NCBI RefSeq assembly: GCF_056712565.1
Contig: NZ_CM160072.1
Length of the DNA stretch: 64,000 bases
Direction: 5' to 3' (one strand)
Position 1 is the stretch's first letter, and each line of letters begins with the position of its first letter. The notes beneath the pieces were generated by a model. The model ran no database searches, had not been told where the DNA came from, and saw nothing but the letters and a program-made list of their open reading frames with translations. The position numbers were made by a program, and so were the translations under genes. This document shows, in pieces, positions 12,477 to 28,210 of the stretch.

Positions 12477-15400
12477 ATGCCAAAACGTACAGATATAAAA
12501 AGTATCCTGATTCTGGGTGCGGGCCCGATTGTTATCGGTCAGGCGTGTGAGTTTGACTACTCTGGCGCGCAAGCGTGTAAAGCCCTGCGTGAAGAGGGTT
12601 ACCGCGTCATTCTCGTGAACTCCAACCCGGCGACTATCATGACCGACCCGGAAATGGCTGATGCAACCTACATCGAGCCGATTCACTGGGAAGTGGTACG
12701 CAAGATTATTGAAAAAGAGCGCCCGGACGCGGTGCTGCCAACCATGGGGGGGCAGACGGCGCTGAACTGTGCGCTGGAGCTTGAGCGTCAGGGCGTGCTG
12801 GAAGAGTTCGGCGTCACCATGATTGGTGCCACTGCCGATGCGATTGATAAAGCCGAAGACCGCCGCCGTTTCGACGTAGCGATGAAGAAAATCGGTCTGG
12901 AAACTGCGCGTTCCGGTATCGCTCATTCAATGGAAGAAGCGCTGGCGGTTGCCGCTGAAGTTGGCTTCCCGTGCATTATTCGCCCATCCTTTACCATGGG
13001 CGGTAGCGGTGGCGGTATCGCTTATAACCGTGAAGAATTTGAAGAAATTTGCGCCCGCGGTCTGGATCTTTCTCCGACTAAAGAGCTGCTGATTGATGAG
13101 TCGCTGATCGGCTGGAAAGAGTACGAGATGGAAGTGGTGCGTGATAAAAACGACAACTGCATCATCGTCTGCTCTATCGAAAACTTTGATGCGATGGGCA
13201 TCCACACCGGTGACTCCATCACTGTCGCGCCAGCCCAAACGCTGACCGATAAAGAATATCAAATCATGCGTAACGCCTCGATGGCGGTACTGCGTGAAAT
13301 CGGCGTTGAAACCGGTGGTTCCAACGTCCAGTTTGCGGTGAACCCGAAAAACGGTCGCCTGATTGTTATCGAAATGAACCCACGCGTGTCTCGCTCCTCT
13401 GCGCTGGCGTCGAAAGCCACTGGTTTCCCGATTGCCAAAGTGGCGGCGAAACTGGCGGTGGGTTACACCCTCGACGAGCTGATGAACGACATCACCGGTG
13501 GGCGTACTCCGGCCTCCTTCGAGCCGTCCATCGACTATGTGGTTACTAAAATTCCTCGCTTCAACTTCGAGAAATTCGCCGGTGCTAACGACCGTCTGAC
13601 CACTCAGATGAAATCGGTTGGCGAAGTGATGGCGATTGGTCGCACGCAGCAGGAATCCCTACAAAAAGCGCTGCGCGGCCTGGAAGTGGGCGCAACTGGC
13701 TTCGATCCGAAAGTGAGTCTCGACGACCCGGAAGCGCTGACTAAAATCCGCCGCGAACTGAAAGATGCTGGCGCAGAGCGTATCTGGTATATCGCTGATG
13801 CCTTCCGCGCGGGCCTGTCTGTAGACGGTGTATTTAATTTGACCAACATTGACCGCTGGTTCCTGGTACAGATTGAAGAGCTGGTGCGTCTGGAAGAGAA
13901 AGTCGCAGAAGTGGGCATCACTGGCCTGCACGCTGAATTCCTGCGCCAGCTGAAACGCAAAGGCTTTGCCGATGCGCGTCTGGCAAAACTCGCGGGCGTG
14001 CGTGAAGCAGAAATCCGCAAGCTGCGCGACCAGTATGACCTGCACCCGGTTTACAAGCGCGTGGATACTTGTGCGGCAGAGTTCGCCACCGACACCGCTT
14101 ACATGTACTCCACTTATGAAGAAGAGTGCGAAGCGAATCCGTCCACCGATCGTGAAAAAATCATGGTGCTCGGCGGCGGCCCGAACCGTATCGGTCAGGG
14201 TATCGAATTCGACTACTGCTGTGTACACGCCTCGCTGGCGCTGCGCGAAGACGGTTATGAAACCATTATGGTTAACTGTAACCCGGAAACCGTCTCCACC
14301 GACTACGACACCTCTGACCGTCTCTACTTCGAGCCGGTAACTCTGGAAGACGTGCTGGAAATTGTGCGTATTGAGAAGCCGAAAGGCGTTATCGTCCAGT
14401 ACGGCGGTCAGACCCCGCTGAAACTGGCGCGCGCGCTGGAAGCTGCTGGCGTACCGGTTATCGGTACCAGCCCGGATGCCATCGACCGTGCGGAAGACCG
14501 TGAACGCTTCCAGCATGCGGTTGAGCGTCTGAAACTGAAACAACCGGCGAACGCCACCGTTACCACCATCGAAATGGCGGTTGAGAAAGCGAAAGAGATT
14601 GGCTACCCGCTGGTGGTGCGTCCGTCTTACGTTCTCGGCGGTCGGGCGATGGAAATCGTCTATGACGAAGCTGACCTGCGTCGCTACTTCCAGACAGCGG
14701 TCAGCGTATCTAACGATGCGCCAGTGTTGCTGGACCACTTCCTTGATGACGCAGTAGAAGTTGACGTGGATGCCATCTGCGACGGCGAAATGGTGCTGAT
14801 TGGCGGCATCATGGAGCATATTGAGCAGGCGGGTGTGCACTCCGGTGACTCCGCATGTTCACTGCCAGCTTACACCTTAAGTCAGGAAATTCAGGATGTG
14901 ATGCGCCAGCAGGTGCAGAAACTGGCCTTCGAACTGCAGGTGCGCGGCCTGATGAACGTGCAGTTTGCGGTGAAAAACAACGAAGTCTACCTGATTGAAG
15001 TTAACCCGCGTGCGGCGCGTACCGTTCCGTTCGTCTCCAAAGCCACCGGCGTACCGCTGGCAAAAGTGGCGGCGCGTGTGATGGCTGGCAAATCGCTGGC
15101 TGAGCAGGGCGTAACCAAAGAAGTTATCCCGCCGTACTACTCGGTGAAAGAAGTGGTGCTGCCGTTCAATAAATTCCCGGGCGTTGACCCGCTGTTAGGG
15201 CCAGAAATGCGCTCTACCGGGGAAGTAATGGGCGTGGGCCGCACCTTCGCTGAAGCGTTTGCCAAAGCGCAGCTGGGCAGCAACTCCACCATGAAGAAAC
15301 ACGGTCGTGCGCTGCTTTCCGTGCGCGAAGGCGATAAAGAACGCGTGGTGGACCTGGCGGCAAAACTGCTGAAACAGGGCTTCGAGCTGGATGCGACTCA

Positions 15401-15698
15401 CGGCACGGCGATTGTGCTGGGCGAAGCGGGTATCAATCCGCGTCTGGTGAACAAGGTGCATGAAGGCCGTCCGCACATTCAGGACCGTATTAAGAATGGC
15501 GAATATACCTACATCATCAACACCACCTCAGGTCGTCGTGCGATTGAAGACTCCCGCGTGATCCGTCGCAGTGCGCTGCAATATAAAGTGCATTACGACA
15601 CCACCCTGAACGGCGGCTTTGCCACCGCGATGGCGCTGAATGCCGATGCGACCGAAAAAGTAATTTCGGTGCAGGAAATGCACGCGCAGATCAAATAA
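12477..15698 (+). CDS. carB: Carbamoyl-phosphate synthase large subunit
   Basis: 1073 aa ORF with duplicated ATP-grasp halves. Confidence 0.97.
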   Translation: MPKRTDIKSILILGAGPIVIGQACEFDYSGAQACKALREEGYRVILVNSNPATIMTDPEMADATYIEPIHWEVVRKIIEKERPDAVLPTMGGQTALNCALELERQGVLEEFGVTMIGATADAIDKAEDRRRFDVAMKKIGLETARSGIAHSMEEALAVAAEVGFPCIIRPSFTMGGSGGGIAYNREEFEEICARGLDLSPTKELLIDESLIGWKEYEMEVVRDKNDNCIIVCSIENFDAMGIHTGDSITVAPAQTLTDKEYQIMRNASMAVLREIGVETGGSNVQFAVNPKNGRLIVIEMNPRVSRSSALASKATGFPIAKVAAKLAVGYTLDELMNDITGGRTPASFEPSIDYVVTKIPRFNFEKFAGANDRLTTQMKSVGEVMAIGRTQQESLQKALRGLEVGATGFDPKVSLDDPEALTKIRRELKDAGAERIWYIADAFRAGLSVDGVFNLTNIDRWFLVQIEELVRLEEKVAEVGITGLHAEFLRQLKRKGFADARLAKLAGVREAEIRKLRDQYDLHPVYKRVDTCAAEFATDTAYMYSTYEEECEANPSTDREKIMVLGGGPNRIGQGIEFDYCCVHASLALREDGYETIMVNCNPETVSTDYDTSDRLYFEPVTLEDVLEIVRIEKPKGVIVQYGGQTPLKLARALEAAGVPVIGTSPDAIDRAEDRERFQHAVERLKLKQPANATVTTIEMAVEKAKEIGYPLVVRPSYVLGGRAMEIVYDEADLRRYFQTAVSVSNDAPVLLDHFLDDAVEVDVDAICDGEMVLIGGIMEHIEQAGVHSGDSACSLPAYTLSQEIQDVMRQQVQKLAFELQVRGLMNVQFAVKNNEVYLIEVNPRAARTVPFVSKATGVPLAKVAARVMAGKSLAEQGVTKEVIPPYYSVKEVVLPFNKFPGVDPLLGPEMRSTGEVMGVGRTFAEAFAKAQLGSNSTMKKHGRALLSVREGDKERVVDLAAKLLKQGFELDATHGTAIVLGEAGINPRLVNKVHEGRPHIQDRIKNGEYTYIINTTSGRRAIEDSRVIRRSALQYKVHYDTTLNGGFATAMALNADATEKVISVQEMHAQIK

Positions 15699-15750
15699 TA
15701 GCGTGTCATGGCGGATATTTTTCATCCGCTAATTTGATCGAATAACTAAT

Positions 15751-15778
15751 ACGGTTCTCTGATGAGGACCGTTTTTTT
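15751..15778 (+). terminator. Probable rho-independent terminator after carB
   Basis: acggt...accgt stem followed by T7 run. Confidence 0.4.
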
Positions 15779-15779
15779 G

Positions 15780-16490
15780 TGCACAGAAAACCCCCAGCTA
15801 GGCTGGGGGTTCCGGAAAGCTTTCAGCTTTGAGCCAGTTATTAAAACCCCTTTTGATTTGTTAAAACACCTTGCGGTCTGGCAACTGCAAGTGTCAAACA
15901 AGAAATCAAAAGGGGGTCCCAATGGGGAACGAAAAGAGCTTAGCGCACACCCGATGGAACTGTAAATATCACATAGTATTTGCGCCAAAATACCGAAGAC
16001 AGGTGTTCTACAGAGAGAAGCGTAGAGCAATAGGCTGTATTTTGAGAAAGCTGTGTGAGTGGAAAAGTGTACGGATTCTGGAAGCTGAATGCTGTGCAGA
16101 TCATATCCATATGCTTGTGGAGATCCCGCCCAAAATGAGCGTATCAGGCTTTATGGGATATCTGAAAGGGAAAAGCAGTCTGATGCCTTACGAGCAGTTT
16201 GGTGATTTGAAATTCAAATACAGGAACAGGGAGTTCTGGTGCAGAGGGTATTACGTCGATACGGTGGGTAAGAACACGGCGAAGATACAGGATTACATAA
16301 AGCACCAGCTTGAAGAGGATAAAATGGGAGAGCAGTTATCGATTCCCTATCCGGGCAGCCCGTTTACGGGCCGTAAGTAACGAAGTTGGATGCAAATGTC
16401 AGATCGTGTGCGCCTGTTAGGGCGCGGCTGGTAAGAGAGCCTTATAGGCGCATTTGAAAAACCTCCGGCTATGCCGGAGGATATTTATTT
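15780..16490 (+). mobile_element. IS200-type insertion sequence (IS200/IS605 family), about 0.71 kb; boundaries approximate
   Basis: Contains a 152-aa HuH Y1 transposase gene; subterminal imperfect palindromes cccccagctaggctggggg (15791-15809) and cctccggctatgccggagg (16462-16480); carB-caiF spacer is about 710 bp longer than in K-12 (from memory). Confidence 0.8.
15922..16380 (+). CDS. tnpA: IS200 transposase TnpA (Y1 HuH family)
   Basis: ORF 15871..16380 trimmed to ATG 15922 (MGNEKSLAHTRWNCKYHIVFAPKYRRQ...), 152 aa; SD ggggg upstream. Confidence 0.9.
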   Translation: MGNEKSLAHTRWNCKYHIVFAPKYRRQVFYREKRRAIGCILRKLCEWKSVRILEAECCADHIHMLVEIPPKMSVSGFMGYLKGKSSLMPYEQFGDLKFKYRNREFWCRGYYVDTVGKNTAKIQDYIKHQLEEDKMGEQLSIPYPGSPFTGRK

Positions 16491-16669
16491 GCCCATTAAG
16501 TAAATCTTTTGGGGAATCGATATTTTTGATGACATAAGCAGGATTTAGCTCACACTTATCGACGGTGAAGTTGCATACTATCGATATATCCACAATTTTA
16601 ATATGGCCTTGTTTAATTGCTGCAAAACGAGTCATAGCCAGTCTTTTAATTTGTGAAACTGGAGTTCGT

Positions 16670-17065
16670 ATGTGTGAAGGATGTGTTGAAAAACCACTCT
16701 ATTTGTTAATCGCCGAATGGATGATGGCTGAAAACCGGTGGGTGATAGCAAGAGAGATCTCTATTCATTTCGATATTGAACACAGCAAGGCGGTTAATAC
16801 CCTGACTTATATTCTGTCGGAAGTCACAGAAATAAGCTGCGAAGTTAAGATGATCCCTAATAAGCTGGAAGGGCGGGGATGCCAGTGCCAGCGACTGGTA
16901 AAAGTGGTTGATATCGATGAGCAAATTTACGCGCGCCTGCGCAATAACAGCCGGGATAAATTAGTCGGCGTAAGAAAGACGCCGCGTATTCCTGCCGTTC
17001 CGCTCACGGAACTTAACCGCGAGCAGAAGTGGCAGATGATGTTGTCAAAGAGTATGCGTCGTTAA
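16670..17065 (+). CDS. caiF: Transcriptional activator of carnitine metabolism CaiF
   Basis: ORF 16565..17065 trimmed to ATG 16670 (MCEGCVEKPLYLLIAEWMMAENRWVIAREIS...), 131 aa. Confidence 0.9.
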   Translation: MCEGCVEKPLYLLIAEWMMAENRWVIAREISIHFDIEHSKAVNTLTYILSEVTEISCEVKMIPNKLEGRGCQCQRLVKVVDIDEQIYARLRNNSRDKLVGVRKTPRIPAVPLTELNREQKWQMMLSKSMRR

Positions 17066-17094
17066 TGTCATTTCGTTGATACCGTGCGACCTGG

Positions 17095-17180
17095 TCGCTG
17101 GATGCGATGCTGGCGCATCTTATCCGGCCTACGGTTGCTTTACAGCCAGGTCGGATAAGGCGTTTATGCCGCATCCGACG
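17095..17180. repeat. REP element between caiF and caiE
   Basis: gatgcgatgctggcgcatcttatccggcctac ... ggataaggcgtttatgccgcatccg palindromic REP units. Confidence 0.55.
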
Positions 17181-17183
17181 ATG

Positions 17184-17774
17184 TTACCGTTTCGGCGTCA
17201 CATCCGTCGTCCCCTGCAAACGGGGGCGATTTTCCTCCATTTGCCTCAGTGGCTGCGTTTCATGTAACGCTGCATGACAGCGCCCGACAAGATCCTGATA
17301 CTCTTTGGTATTCAACCGTTTCCAGTGTAACTCGTCGTCACTCACGCTGCGTACAGCGCGGGCTGGCGTACCCATCAACAACTGGCGTTTCTCGCCGCGA
17401 AAGCCCGCTTTGACAAAGCTCATAGCGGCAACAATGCTCTCTTCGCCAATGACCGCGCCATCCATAATCACGCTGTTCATCCCGACCAGTGCATCGCGAC
17501 CAATCACACAACCATGCAGGATCGCTCCGTGCCCGATATGACCGTTTTCCCCAACGATGGTGTCAGTGTCGCAGTAGCCATGCATAATGCAGCCATCCTG
17601 AATATTGGCTCCCGCTTGCACGATCAACCGCCCGTAGTCACCACGCAGTGAGGCGAGTGGGCCGATGTAGACACCGGCTCCCACAATCACATCGCCAATC
17701 AATACTGCACTGGGATGGACAAACGCCGTCGGGTGAACAACCGGAATTAACCCCTCAAAGGCGTAATAGCTCAC
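17184..17774 (-). CDS. caiE: Carnitine operon protein CaiE (hexapeptide-repeat transferase family)
   Basis: ORF 17184..17795; start set to GTG giving 196 aa ([20 protein letters not shown]...). Confidence 0.85.
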   Translation of the reverse strand: MSYYAFEGLIPVVHPTAFVHPSAVLIGDVIVGAGVYIGPLASLRGDYGRLIVQAGANIQDGCIMHGYCDTDTIVGENGHIGHGAILHGCVIGRDALVGMNSVIMDGAVIGEESIVAAMSFVKAGFRGEKRQLLMGTPARAVRSVSDDELHWKRLNTKEYQDLVGRCHAALHETQPLRQMEENRPRLQGTTDVTPKR

Positions 17775-17779
17775 GGTTG

Positions 17780-18565
17780 TTAACGTCCTTTCCACACTGG
17801 ATCGCGCTTCTCGGCAAACGCCAGCGGCCCTTCAATGGCATCCTCCGAATGCAGAACCGATGGATAGTGTTTCAACACGCCGCTGCGAATATAGCGATAC
17901 GCTTCTTCTACCGGCATTTCACTGGTGGTGCGGTAGATCTCTTTCAGCGCCGCAATCGCCAGCGGAGCGCTGTTAACCAGCTGCTGCGCCAGTTCGCGGG
18001 CGTTATCCATCAGTTCCGCCTGGCTAACCACGCGGTTGACTACCCCCCAACGCAGCGCCTCTTCTGCGCCCATTCGTCTGCCGGTCATCACCATTTCATT
18101 GACGATGGCAGGCGGCAGGATCTTCGGCAGACGCAGCACGCCGCCGCTGTCAGGAACGATGCCCAGTTTGGCTTCCGGTAGGGCGAAGCTGGCGTTATCG
18201 GCACAAACAATAAAATCTGCCGCCAGCGCCAGTTCAAAGCCGCCGCCAAAGGCATAGCCGTTCACAGCGGCGATGACCGGTTTGTCGAGATTGAAAATTT
18301 CGGTTAATCCCGCAAAACCTCCCGGGCCAAAGTCAGCATCCGGTGCTTCGCCTTCTGCTGCCGCTTTTAAATCCCAGCCCGCGGAAAAGAATTTCTCTCC
18401 GGCACCGGTAATAATGGCGACACGTAATTGCGGATCGTCACGGAAATTTAGAAATACTTCGCCCATTTCAAAGCTGGTTTTTGCATCAATAGCATTCGCT
18501 TTTGGACGATCAAGGGTAATTTCCAGAATTGATCCATTGCGGGTCAGATGTAATGATTCACTCAT
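17780..18565 (-). CDS. caiD: Carnitinyl-CoA dehydratase (crotonase family)
   Basis: ORF 17780..18673 trimmed to ATG 18565 ([27 protein letters not shown]...), 261 aa. Confidence 0.9.
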   Translation of the reverse strand: MSESLHLTRNGSILEITLDRPKANAIDAKTSFEMGEVFLNFRDDPQLRVAIITGAGEKFFSAGWDLKAAAEGEAPDADFGPGGFAGLTEIFNLDKPVIAAVNGYAFGGGFELALAADFIVCADNASFALPEAKLGIVPDSGGVLRLPKILPPAIVNEMVMTGRRMGAEEALRWGVVNRVVSQAELMDNARELAQQLVNSAPLAIAALKEIYRTTSEMPVEEAYRYIRSGVLKHYPSVLHSEDAIEGPLAFAEKRDPVWKGR

Positions 18566-18673
18566 TCCTTTTCTCCATTTTTGCTTTTTCAGGGACGACA
18601 ACATCCCTGCAAAAAATGCATATTGTTTTAGAGCGTGATTATTAGCTGACAGGGTAGTTCCCTGCCGTTTCAT

Positions 18674-20227
18674 TTATTTCAGATTCTTTCTAATTATTTT
18701 CCCCGAGCAATTACGTGGCAGATCTTTTCTGATCTCCAGATAAGAGGGCACTTTAAATTTCGCCATATTCTGTTCACAGAAGCAGAAGAATTCCTCTTCG
18801 CTCAATGTTTCACCTTCATTCAGCACCACAAATGCTTTGATGGCTTCATCGCGAATCGAATCTTTAATACCCACAACCACGATATCCTGAATTTTTGGAT
18901 GGGTGGCGATGATATTTTCGAGCTCCACGCAGGAGACATTCTCGCCACCGCGTTTGATCATATTGCAGCGGCGATCGACGAAATAAAAAAAGCCCTCTTC
19001 GTCGCGGTATCCGGTATCGCCGGTATGTAGCCAGCCATCGGCTTCCAGCACTTTCGCAGTGGCTTTCGGGTTGAGAAAATACTCTTTGAAGATGGTTTTC
19101 CCTGGTACGCCTTTAATACAGATTTCACCGAGCTCACCAGCCGGGAGGGGACGATTGTGATCGTCGCGGATCTCCGCTTCGTAGCAAAAGCCCGCCCGAC
19201 CAATCGACGGCCAGCGCCGTTTATCGCCAGGGCGATCGCCGATAATGCCCACAATGGTTTCCGTCATCCCATAAGACGTCAGCAAGCGAACGCCGAAGCG
19301 TTCACAAAACGCGTCTTTTTCCTGTTCCGACAAGTTGAGATAAAACATCACTTCCCGCAGGCGGTGTTGCCGATCGTTCGCTGAAGGCGGCTGCACCATC
19401 AACGTACGAATCATCATCGGAATACATTCGGTAATGGTGGCGCGGTACTTCTGCACCTGTCCCCAGAAGGCGCGGGCGCTGTATTTCTCGACCAGCACAA
19501 AGGTGGCCCCGGCAGAAAACGCCGCCATCGCCGCAGTACACTGGCAATCGATATGAAACGCAGGCATTACCGTCAGGTAGACGTCATCGTCACGCAGTGC
19601 ACACTGCCAGGCGGAGTAATATCCAGCGAAGCGCAGGTTGTAATGGGTAATCACCACCCCTTTCGGTCGGGAGGTAGTGCCGGAGGTGAAGAGAATTTCC
19701 GCCGTATCGTCAGTCGATAGCGGCGGTGCATAGCACAAGGTGGCAGGTTGTTGATTTTTCAGTTGAGTAAACGAACTCACGCCATCATCAGCGGGAAGTG
19801 CCATATCTATCAGGCAAATGTGCCGCAACTGAGAGGCATCTTCCTGCTGAATCTGTTGATACATAGGATAAAATTGCGCACTGGTCACCAGCAGGCACGC
19901 CTGGCTATTTTGCAGGATCCACGTGCTTTCTTCGCGCAACAGGCGGGCGTTAATTGGCACCATAATCGCGCCAATTTTTGCCAGCCCGAACCAGCAAAAG
20001 ATAAATTCCGGGCAGTTGTCGAGATGTAGAGCAACCTTGTCGCCTTTGCGAATCCCCAGCGTATAAAACAGGTTTGCCGTGCGGTTAATCTCCTGATTTA
20101 ACTCAAGATAACTATACCGGTTAACGACTCCGCCGCTGGATTCACAAATCAGCGCCGTTTTATGACCGTAAACGTCCGCCAGATCGTCCCACATTTGACG
20201 TAGATGTTGTCCGCCAATGATATCCAT
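18674..20227 (-). CDS. caiC: Crotonobetaine/carnitine-CoA ligase
   Basis: ORF 18674..20242; start at ATG 20227 ([13 protein letters not shown]...), 517 aa; AMP-binding [10 protein letters not shown] motif. Confidence 0.9.
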   Translation of the reverse strand: MDIIGGQHLRQMWDDLADVYGHKTALICESSGGVVNRYSYLELNQEINRTANLFYTLGIRKGDKVALHLDNCPEFIFCWFGLAKIGAIMVPINARLLREESTWILQNSQACLLVTSAQFYPMYQQIQQEDASQLRHICLIDMALPADDGVSSFTQLKNQQPATLCYAPPLSTDDTAEILFTSGTTSRPKGVVITHYNLRFAGYYSAWQCALRDDDVYLTVMPAFHIDCQCTAAMAAFSAGATFVLVEKYSARAFWGQVQKYRATITECIPMMIRTLMVQPPSANDRQHRLREVMFYLNLSEQEKDAFCERFGVRLLTSYGMTETIVGIIGDRPGDKRRWPSIGRAGFCYEAEIRDDHNRPLPAGELGEICIKGVPGKTIFKEYFLNPKATAKVLEADGWLHTGDTGYRDEEGFFYFVDRRCNMIKRGGENVSCVELENIIATHPKIQDIVVVGIKDSIRDEAIKAFVVLNEGETLSEEEFFCFCEQNMAKFKVPSYLEIRKDLPRNCSGKIIRKNLK

Positions 20228-20299
20228 TGCACCTCTATCCATTTTGTTCGTTTGTTATTGGGCGGGCGCTAGTCAGGCAAGTTGACTGACGCCACGCGT

Positions 20300-21535
<1,236 letters not shown>

Positions 21536-21551
21536 TTATGTAGCGCATGAC

Positions 21552-21644
<93 letters not shown>

Positions 21645-21645
<1 letters not shown>

Positions 21646-22787
21646 TAACGGTATTGCTTCAGCACCGCGCGACCCAGCGTCAGGATCTGCATTTCGTCAG
21701 ATCCTCCGGAAACGCGGTCTACACGCAGGTCACGCCAGAAGCGGCTGATGCGGTGGTTGCCCGCAATCCCGACACCGCCCAGCACCTGCATTGCGCTATC
21801 CACCACTTCAAATGCCGCATTGGCGCAGAAGTATTTGCACATCGCTGCATCGCCAGAGGTGATGGTGCCGTTGTCTGCTTTCCACGCTGCTTCATACAGC
21901 ATGTTTTTCATGGAGTTTAATTTGATCGCCATGTGGGCGAATTTTTCCTGAATCAACTGGAAACGACCAATAGCCTCGCCAAACTGCACACGCTGGTTGG
22001 CGTAGCGCGCCGCATCTTCAAAGGCGCACATCGCCGTACCGTAGTTGGTCAGGGCTACCAGGAAACGTTCATGGTCGAACTCTTCTTTGACGCGGTTAAA
22101 GCCGTTACCTTCCCGACCGAACATGTCTTTCTCGTCCAGTTCCACGTCGTCAAAGGTGATTTCACAGCAGCTATCCATACGCAGACCGAGCTTTTCAAGT
22201 TTGGTCACTTTGATGCCCGGTTTGCTCATATCAACAAACCATTCGGTGTAGACAGGTTTGTCCGGAGAAGCCCCGTCGCGCGCCATCACCACGATGTACG
22301 GGGTGTAGGCGCTGCTGGTAATAAAACACTTACTACCATTAAGATAAATCTTACCATTTCTACGGGTATAAGTCGTTTTCAGGCTACCCACGTCGGAGCC
22401 TGCGCCCGGTTCGGTAATTGCTGAGTTCCACATCTGCTTACCGGTGCCGCGGAAAGCCATAATCTTGTCGATCTGCTCTTGCGTACCTTCACGCAGGAAG
22501 GTGTTAAACCCGCCCGGTAACTGATACAGCACGTAAGTTGGCGCTCCCAGACGACCCAGTTCCATCCACACGGCGGCGAGAGTAACAAACCCCGCGTCCA
22601 GACCACCGTGCTCTTCAGGGATCAGCAGACTGTCGATACCCATATCCGCCAGGGCTTTGACAAAACGTTCCGGGTAGACGCTGTCACGGTCGCACTCGGC
22701 AAAATAGGCCTCCCAGTTTTCGCTGGCCATCAGTTCGCGGATACCGGCGACAAACAGTTCCTGCTCATCATTTAAATTAAAATCCAT
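21645..22787 (-). CDS. caiA: Crotonobetainyl-CoA reductase (acyl-CoA dehydrogenase family)
   Basis: 380 aa [32 protein letters not shown]... Confidence 0.95.
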
Positions 22788-22817
22788 CTTTCAACCTCTT
22801 GATATTTTGGGGGTTAA

Positions 22818-24804
<1,987 letters not shown>

Positions 24805-25575
24805 ATGAAGATTATTACTTGCTATAAGTGCGTGCCTGATGAACAGGATATTGCGGTCAATAATGCTGATGGTTCGTTAGACTTCAGCAAAGCCGATGCC
24901 AAAATAAGCCAATACGATCTCAACGCTATTGAAGCGGCTTGCCAGCTAAAGCAACAGGCAGCAGAGGCGCAGGTGACGGCCTTAAGTGTGGGCGGTAAAG
25001 CCCTGACCAACGCCAAAGGGCGTAAAGATGTGCTATCGCGCGGTCCGGATGAACTGATTGTGGTGATTGATGACCAGTTCGAGCAGGCACTGCCGCAACA
25101 AACGGCGAGCGTACTGGCTGCAGCCGCTCAGAAAGCAGGCTTTGATTTGATCCTCTGTGGCGATGGTTCTTCCGACCTTTATGCCCAGCAGGTTGGTTTG
25201 CTGGTAGGCGAAATCCTTAATATTCCGGCAGTTAACGGCGTCAGCAAAATTATCTCCCTGACTGCAGATACCCTCACCGTTGAGCGCGAACTGGAAGATG
25301 AAACAGAAACCTTAAGCATTCCGCTGCCTGCGGTTGTTGCTGTTTCCACTGATATCAACTCCCCACAAATTCCTTCGATGAAAGCCATTCTCGGCGCGGC
25401 GAAAAAGCCAGTCCAGGTATGGTCGGCGGCGGATATCGGTTTTAACGCAGAGGCAGCCTGGTCAGAACAACAGGTTGCCGCGCCGAAACAGCGCGAGCGT
25501 CAGCGCATCGTGATTGAAGGCGACGGCGAAGAACAGATCGCCGCATTTGCTGAAAATCTTCGCAAAGTCATTTAA
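24805..25575 (+). CDS. fixA: Electron transfer flavoprotein beta-subunit homologue FixA
   Basis: ORF 24742..25575 trimmed to ATG 24805 ([18 protein letters not shown]...), 256 aa. Confidence 0.9.
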
Positions 25576-25589
25576 TTACAGGGGATGCT

Positions 25590-26531
25590 ATGAACACGTT
25601 TTCTCAAGTCTGGGTATTCAGCGATACCCCTTCTCGTCTGCCGGAACTGATGAACGGTGCGCAGGCTTTAGCTAATCAAATCAACACGTTCGTCCTCAAT
25701 GATGCCGACGGCACACAGGCAATCCAGCTCGGCGCTAATCATGTCTGGAAATTAAGCGGCAAACCGGACGAGCGGATGATCGAAGATTACGCCGGTGTCA
25801 TGGCTGACACTATTCGCCAGCACGGCGCAGACGGTCTGGTGCTGTTGCCAAACACCCGTCGCGGCAAATTACTGGCGGCGAAACTGGGTTACCGCCTTAA
25901 CGCGGCGGTGTCTAACGATGCCAGCGCTGTTAGCGTGCAGGACGGTAAAGCGACAGTGAAACACATGGTTTACGGCGGTCTGGCGATTGGCGAAGAACGC
26001 ATTGCCACGCCGTATGCGGTACTGACCATCAGCAGCGGCACGTTCGATGCGGCTCAGCCAGACGCGTCACGCACTGGCGAAACGCACACCGTGGAGTGGC
26101 AGGCTCCGGCTGTGGCGATTACCCGCACGGCAACCCAGGCGCGTCAGAGCAACAGCGTCGATCTCGACAAAGCCCGCTTGGTGGTCAGCGTTGGTCGCGG
26201 TATTGGCAGCAAAGAGAACATTGCGCTGGCAGAACAGCTTTGCAAGGCGATAGGTGCGGAGTTGGCCTGTTCTCGTCCGGTGGCGGAAAACGAAAAATGG
26301 ATGGAGCACGAACGCTATGTCGGTATCTCCAACCTGATGCTGAAACCTGAACTGTACCTGGCGGTGGGGATCTCCGGGCAGATCCAGCACATGGTTGGCG
26401 CTAATGCGTCGCAAACCATTTTCGCCATCAACAAAGATAAAAATGCGCCGATCTTCCAGTACGCGGATTACGGCATTGTTGGCGACGCCGTGAAGATCCT
26501 TCCGGCACTGACCGTAGCTTTAGCGCGTTGA
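25590..26531 (+). CDS. fixB: Electron transfer flavoprotein alpha-subunit homologue FixB
   Basis: 313 aa ORF. Confidence 0.95.
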
Positions 26532-26581
26532 TCCACTCTGGCAGGGCTGCATTTTGGCCCTGCCGCTGACAGGGAGCTCTT

Positions 26582-27868
26582 ATGTCCGAAGATATCTTTG
26601 ACGCCATCATCGTCGGTGCAGGGCTTGCCGGTTCGGTTGCCGCACTGGTGCTCGCCCGCGAAGGTGCGCAAGTGTTAGTTATCGAGCGAGGCAATTCCGC
26701 AGGTGCCAAGAACGTCACCGGCGGGCGTCTCTATGCCCACAGTCTGGAACACATTATTCCTGGTTTCGCAGACTCCGCCCCCGTAGAACGCCTGATCACC
26801 CATGAAAAACTTGCGTTTATGACGGAAAAGTCAGCGATGACTATGGACTACTGCAATGGCGACGAAACCTCGCCATCCCAGCGTTCTTACTCCGTTTTAC
26901 GCAGTAAATTTGATGCCTGGCTGATGGAGCAGGCCGAAGAAGCGGGCGCGCAGTTAATTACCGGGATCCGCGTCGATAACCTCGTACAGCGCGATGGCAA
27001 AGTCGTCGGTGTAGAAGCCGATGGCGATGTGATTGAAGCGAAAACGGTGATCCTTGCTGATGGGGTGAATTCCATCCTTGCCGAAAAGCTGGGGATGGCA
27101 AAACGCGTTAAACCGACGGATGTGGCGGTTGGCGTGAAGGAACTGATCGAGTTACCGAAGTCGGTTATTGAAGACCGTTTTCAGTTGCAGGGTAATCAGG
27201 GCGCGGCTTGCCTGTTTGTGGGATCACCCACCGATGGCCTGATGGGCGGTGGCTTCCTTTATACCAATGAAAATACCCTGTCGCTGGGGCTGGTTTGTGG
27301 TTTGCATCATCTGCATGACGCAAAAAAATCGGTGCCGCAAATGCTGGAAGATTTCAAACAACATCCGGCCGTTGCACCGCTGATCGCGGGCGGCAAGCTG
27401 GTGGAATATTCCGCTCACGTAGTGCCGGAAGCGGGCATCAACATGCTGCCGGAGCTGGTCGGTGACGGCGTATTGATTGCTGGTGATGCCGCCGGAATGT
27501 GTATGAACCTCGGTTTTACCATTCGCGGTATGGATCTGGCGATTGCCGCCGGGGAAGCAGCAGCAAAAACTGTGCTTTCAGCGATGAAAAGCGACGATTT
27601 CAGTAAGCAAAAACTCGCGGAATATCGTCAGCATCTTGAGAGTGGCCCGCTGCGCGATATGCGCATGTACCAGAAACTACCGGCGTTTCTTGATAACCCA
27701 CGCATGTTTAGCGGCTACCCGGAACTGGCGGTGGGCGTGGCGCGTGACCTGTTCACCATTGACGGCAGTGCGCCGGAACTGATGCGCAAGAAAATCCTCC
27801 GCCACGGCAAGAAAGTGGGCTTCATCAATCTGATCAAGGATGGCATGAAAGGAGTGACCGTTTTATGA
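26582..27868 (+). CDS. fixC: FAD-dependent oxidoreductase FixC (ETF-quinone oxidoreductase-like)
   Basis: 428 aa; N-terminal GAGLAG FAD-binding motif. Confidence 0.95.
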   Translation: MSEDIFDAIIVGAGLAGSVAALVLAREGAQVLVIERGNSAGAKNVTGGRLYAHSLEHIIPGFADSAPVERLITHEKLAFMTEKSAMTMDYCNGDETSPSQRSYSVLRSKFDAWLMEQAEEAGAQLITGIRVDNLVQRDGKVVGVEADGDVIEAKTVILADGVNSILAEKLGMAKRVKPTDVAVGVKELIELPKSVIEDRFQLQGNQGAACLFVGSPTDGLMGGGFLYTNENTLSLGLVCGLHHLHDAKKSVPQMLEDFKQHPAVAPLIAGGKLVEYSAHVVPEAGINMLPELVGDGVLIAGDAAGMCMNLGFTIRGMDLAIAAGEAAAKTVLSAMKSDDFSKQKLAEYRQHLESGPLRDMRMYQKLPAFLDNPRMFSGYPELAVGVARDLFTIDGSAPELMRKKILRHGKKVGFINLIKDGMKGVTVL

Positions 27869-28152
27869 CTTCTCCCGTCAATGTGGACGTCAAACTGGGC
27901 GTCAATAAATTCAATGTCGATGAAGAGCATCCGCACATTGTTGTGAAGGCCGATGCAGATAAACAGGCCCTGGAGCTGCTGGTGAAAGCGTGCCCCGCAG
28001 GTCTGTACAAGAAGCAGGATGACGGCAGTGTGCGCTTCGATTACGCCGGATGTCTGGAGTGCGGCACCTGTCGCATTCTGGGGCTGGGGTCGGCGCTGGA
28101 ACAGTGGGAATACCCGCGCGGCACCTTTGGTGTGGAGTTCCGTTACGGCTGA
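27865..28152 (+). CDS. fixX: Ferredoxin-like protein FixX
   Basis: 95 aa; 4-bp overlap with fixC; Cys cluster CLECGTC. Confidence 0.9.
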   Translation: MTSPVNVDVKLGVNKFNVDEEHPHIVVKADADKQALELLVKACPAGLYKKQDDGSVRFDYAGCLECGTCRILGLGSALEQWEYPRGTFGVEFRYG

Positions 28153-28210
28153 TGTTGGTTTGATACGTAATGCCGTACTGACTCTCATTGCAAAAAAACA
28201 GGAATAACCC

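Noticed and set aside
13659-14840. 393-aa minus-strand ORF inside carB
   Set aside because: Shadow ORF opposite a conserved coding region; low-complexity Arg/His-rich translation.
16565-16669. N-terminal extension of caiF to 166 aa as given by the ORF track
   Set aside because: The extension runs into promoter sequence; the conserved protein begins at ATG 16670.
17076-17267. 63-aa plus-strand ORF in the caiF-caiE spacer
   Set aside because: Composed of REP palindrome sequence and overlaps the 3' end of caiE on the other strand.
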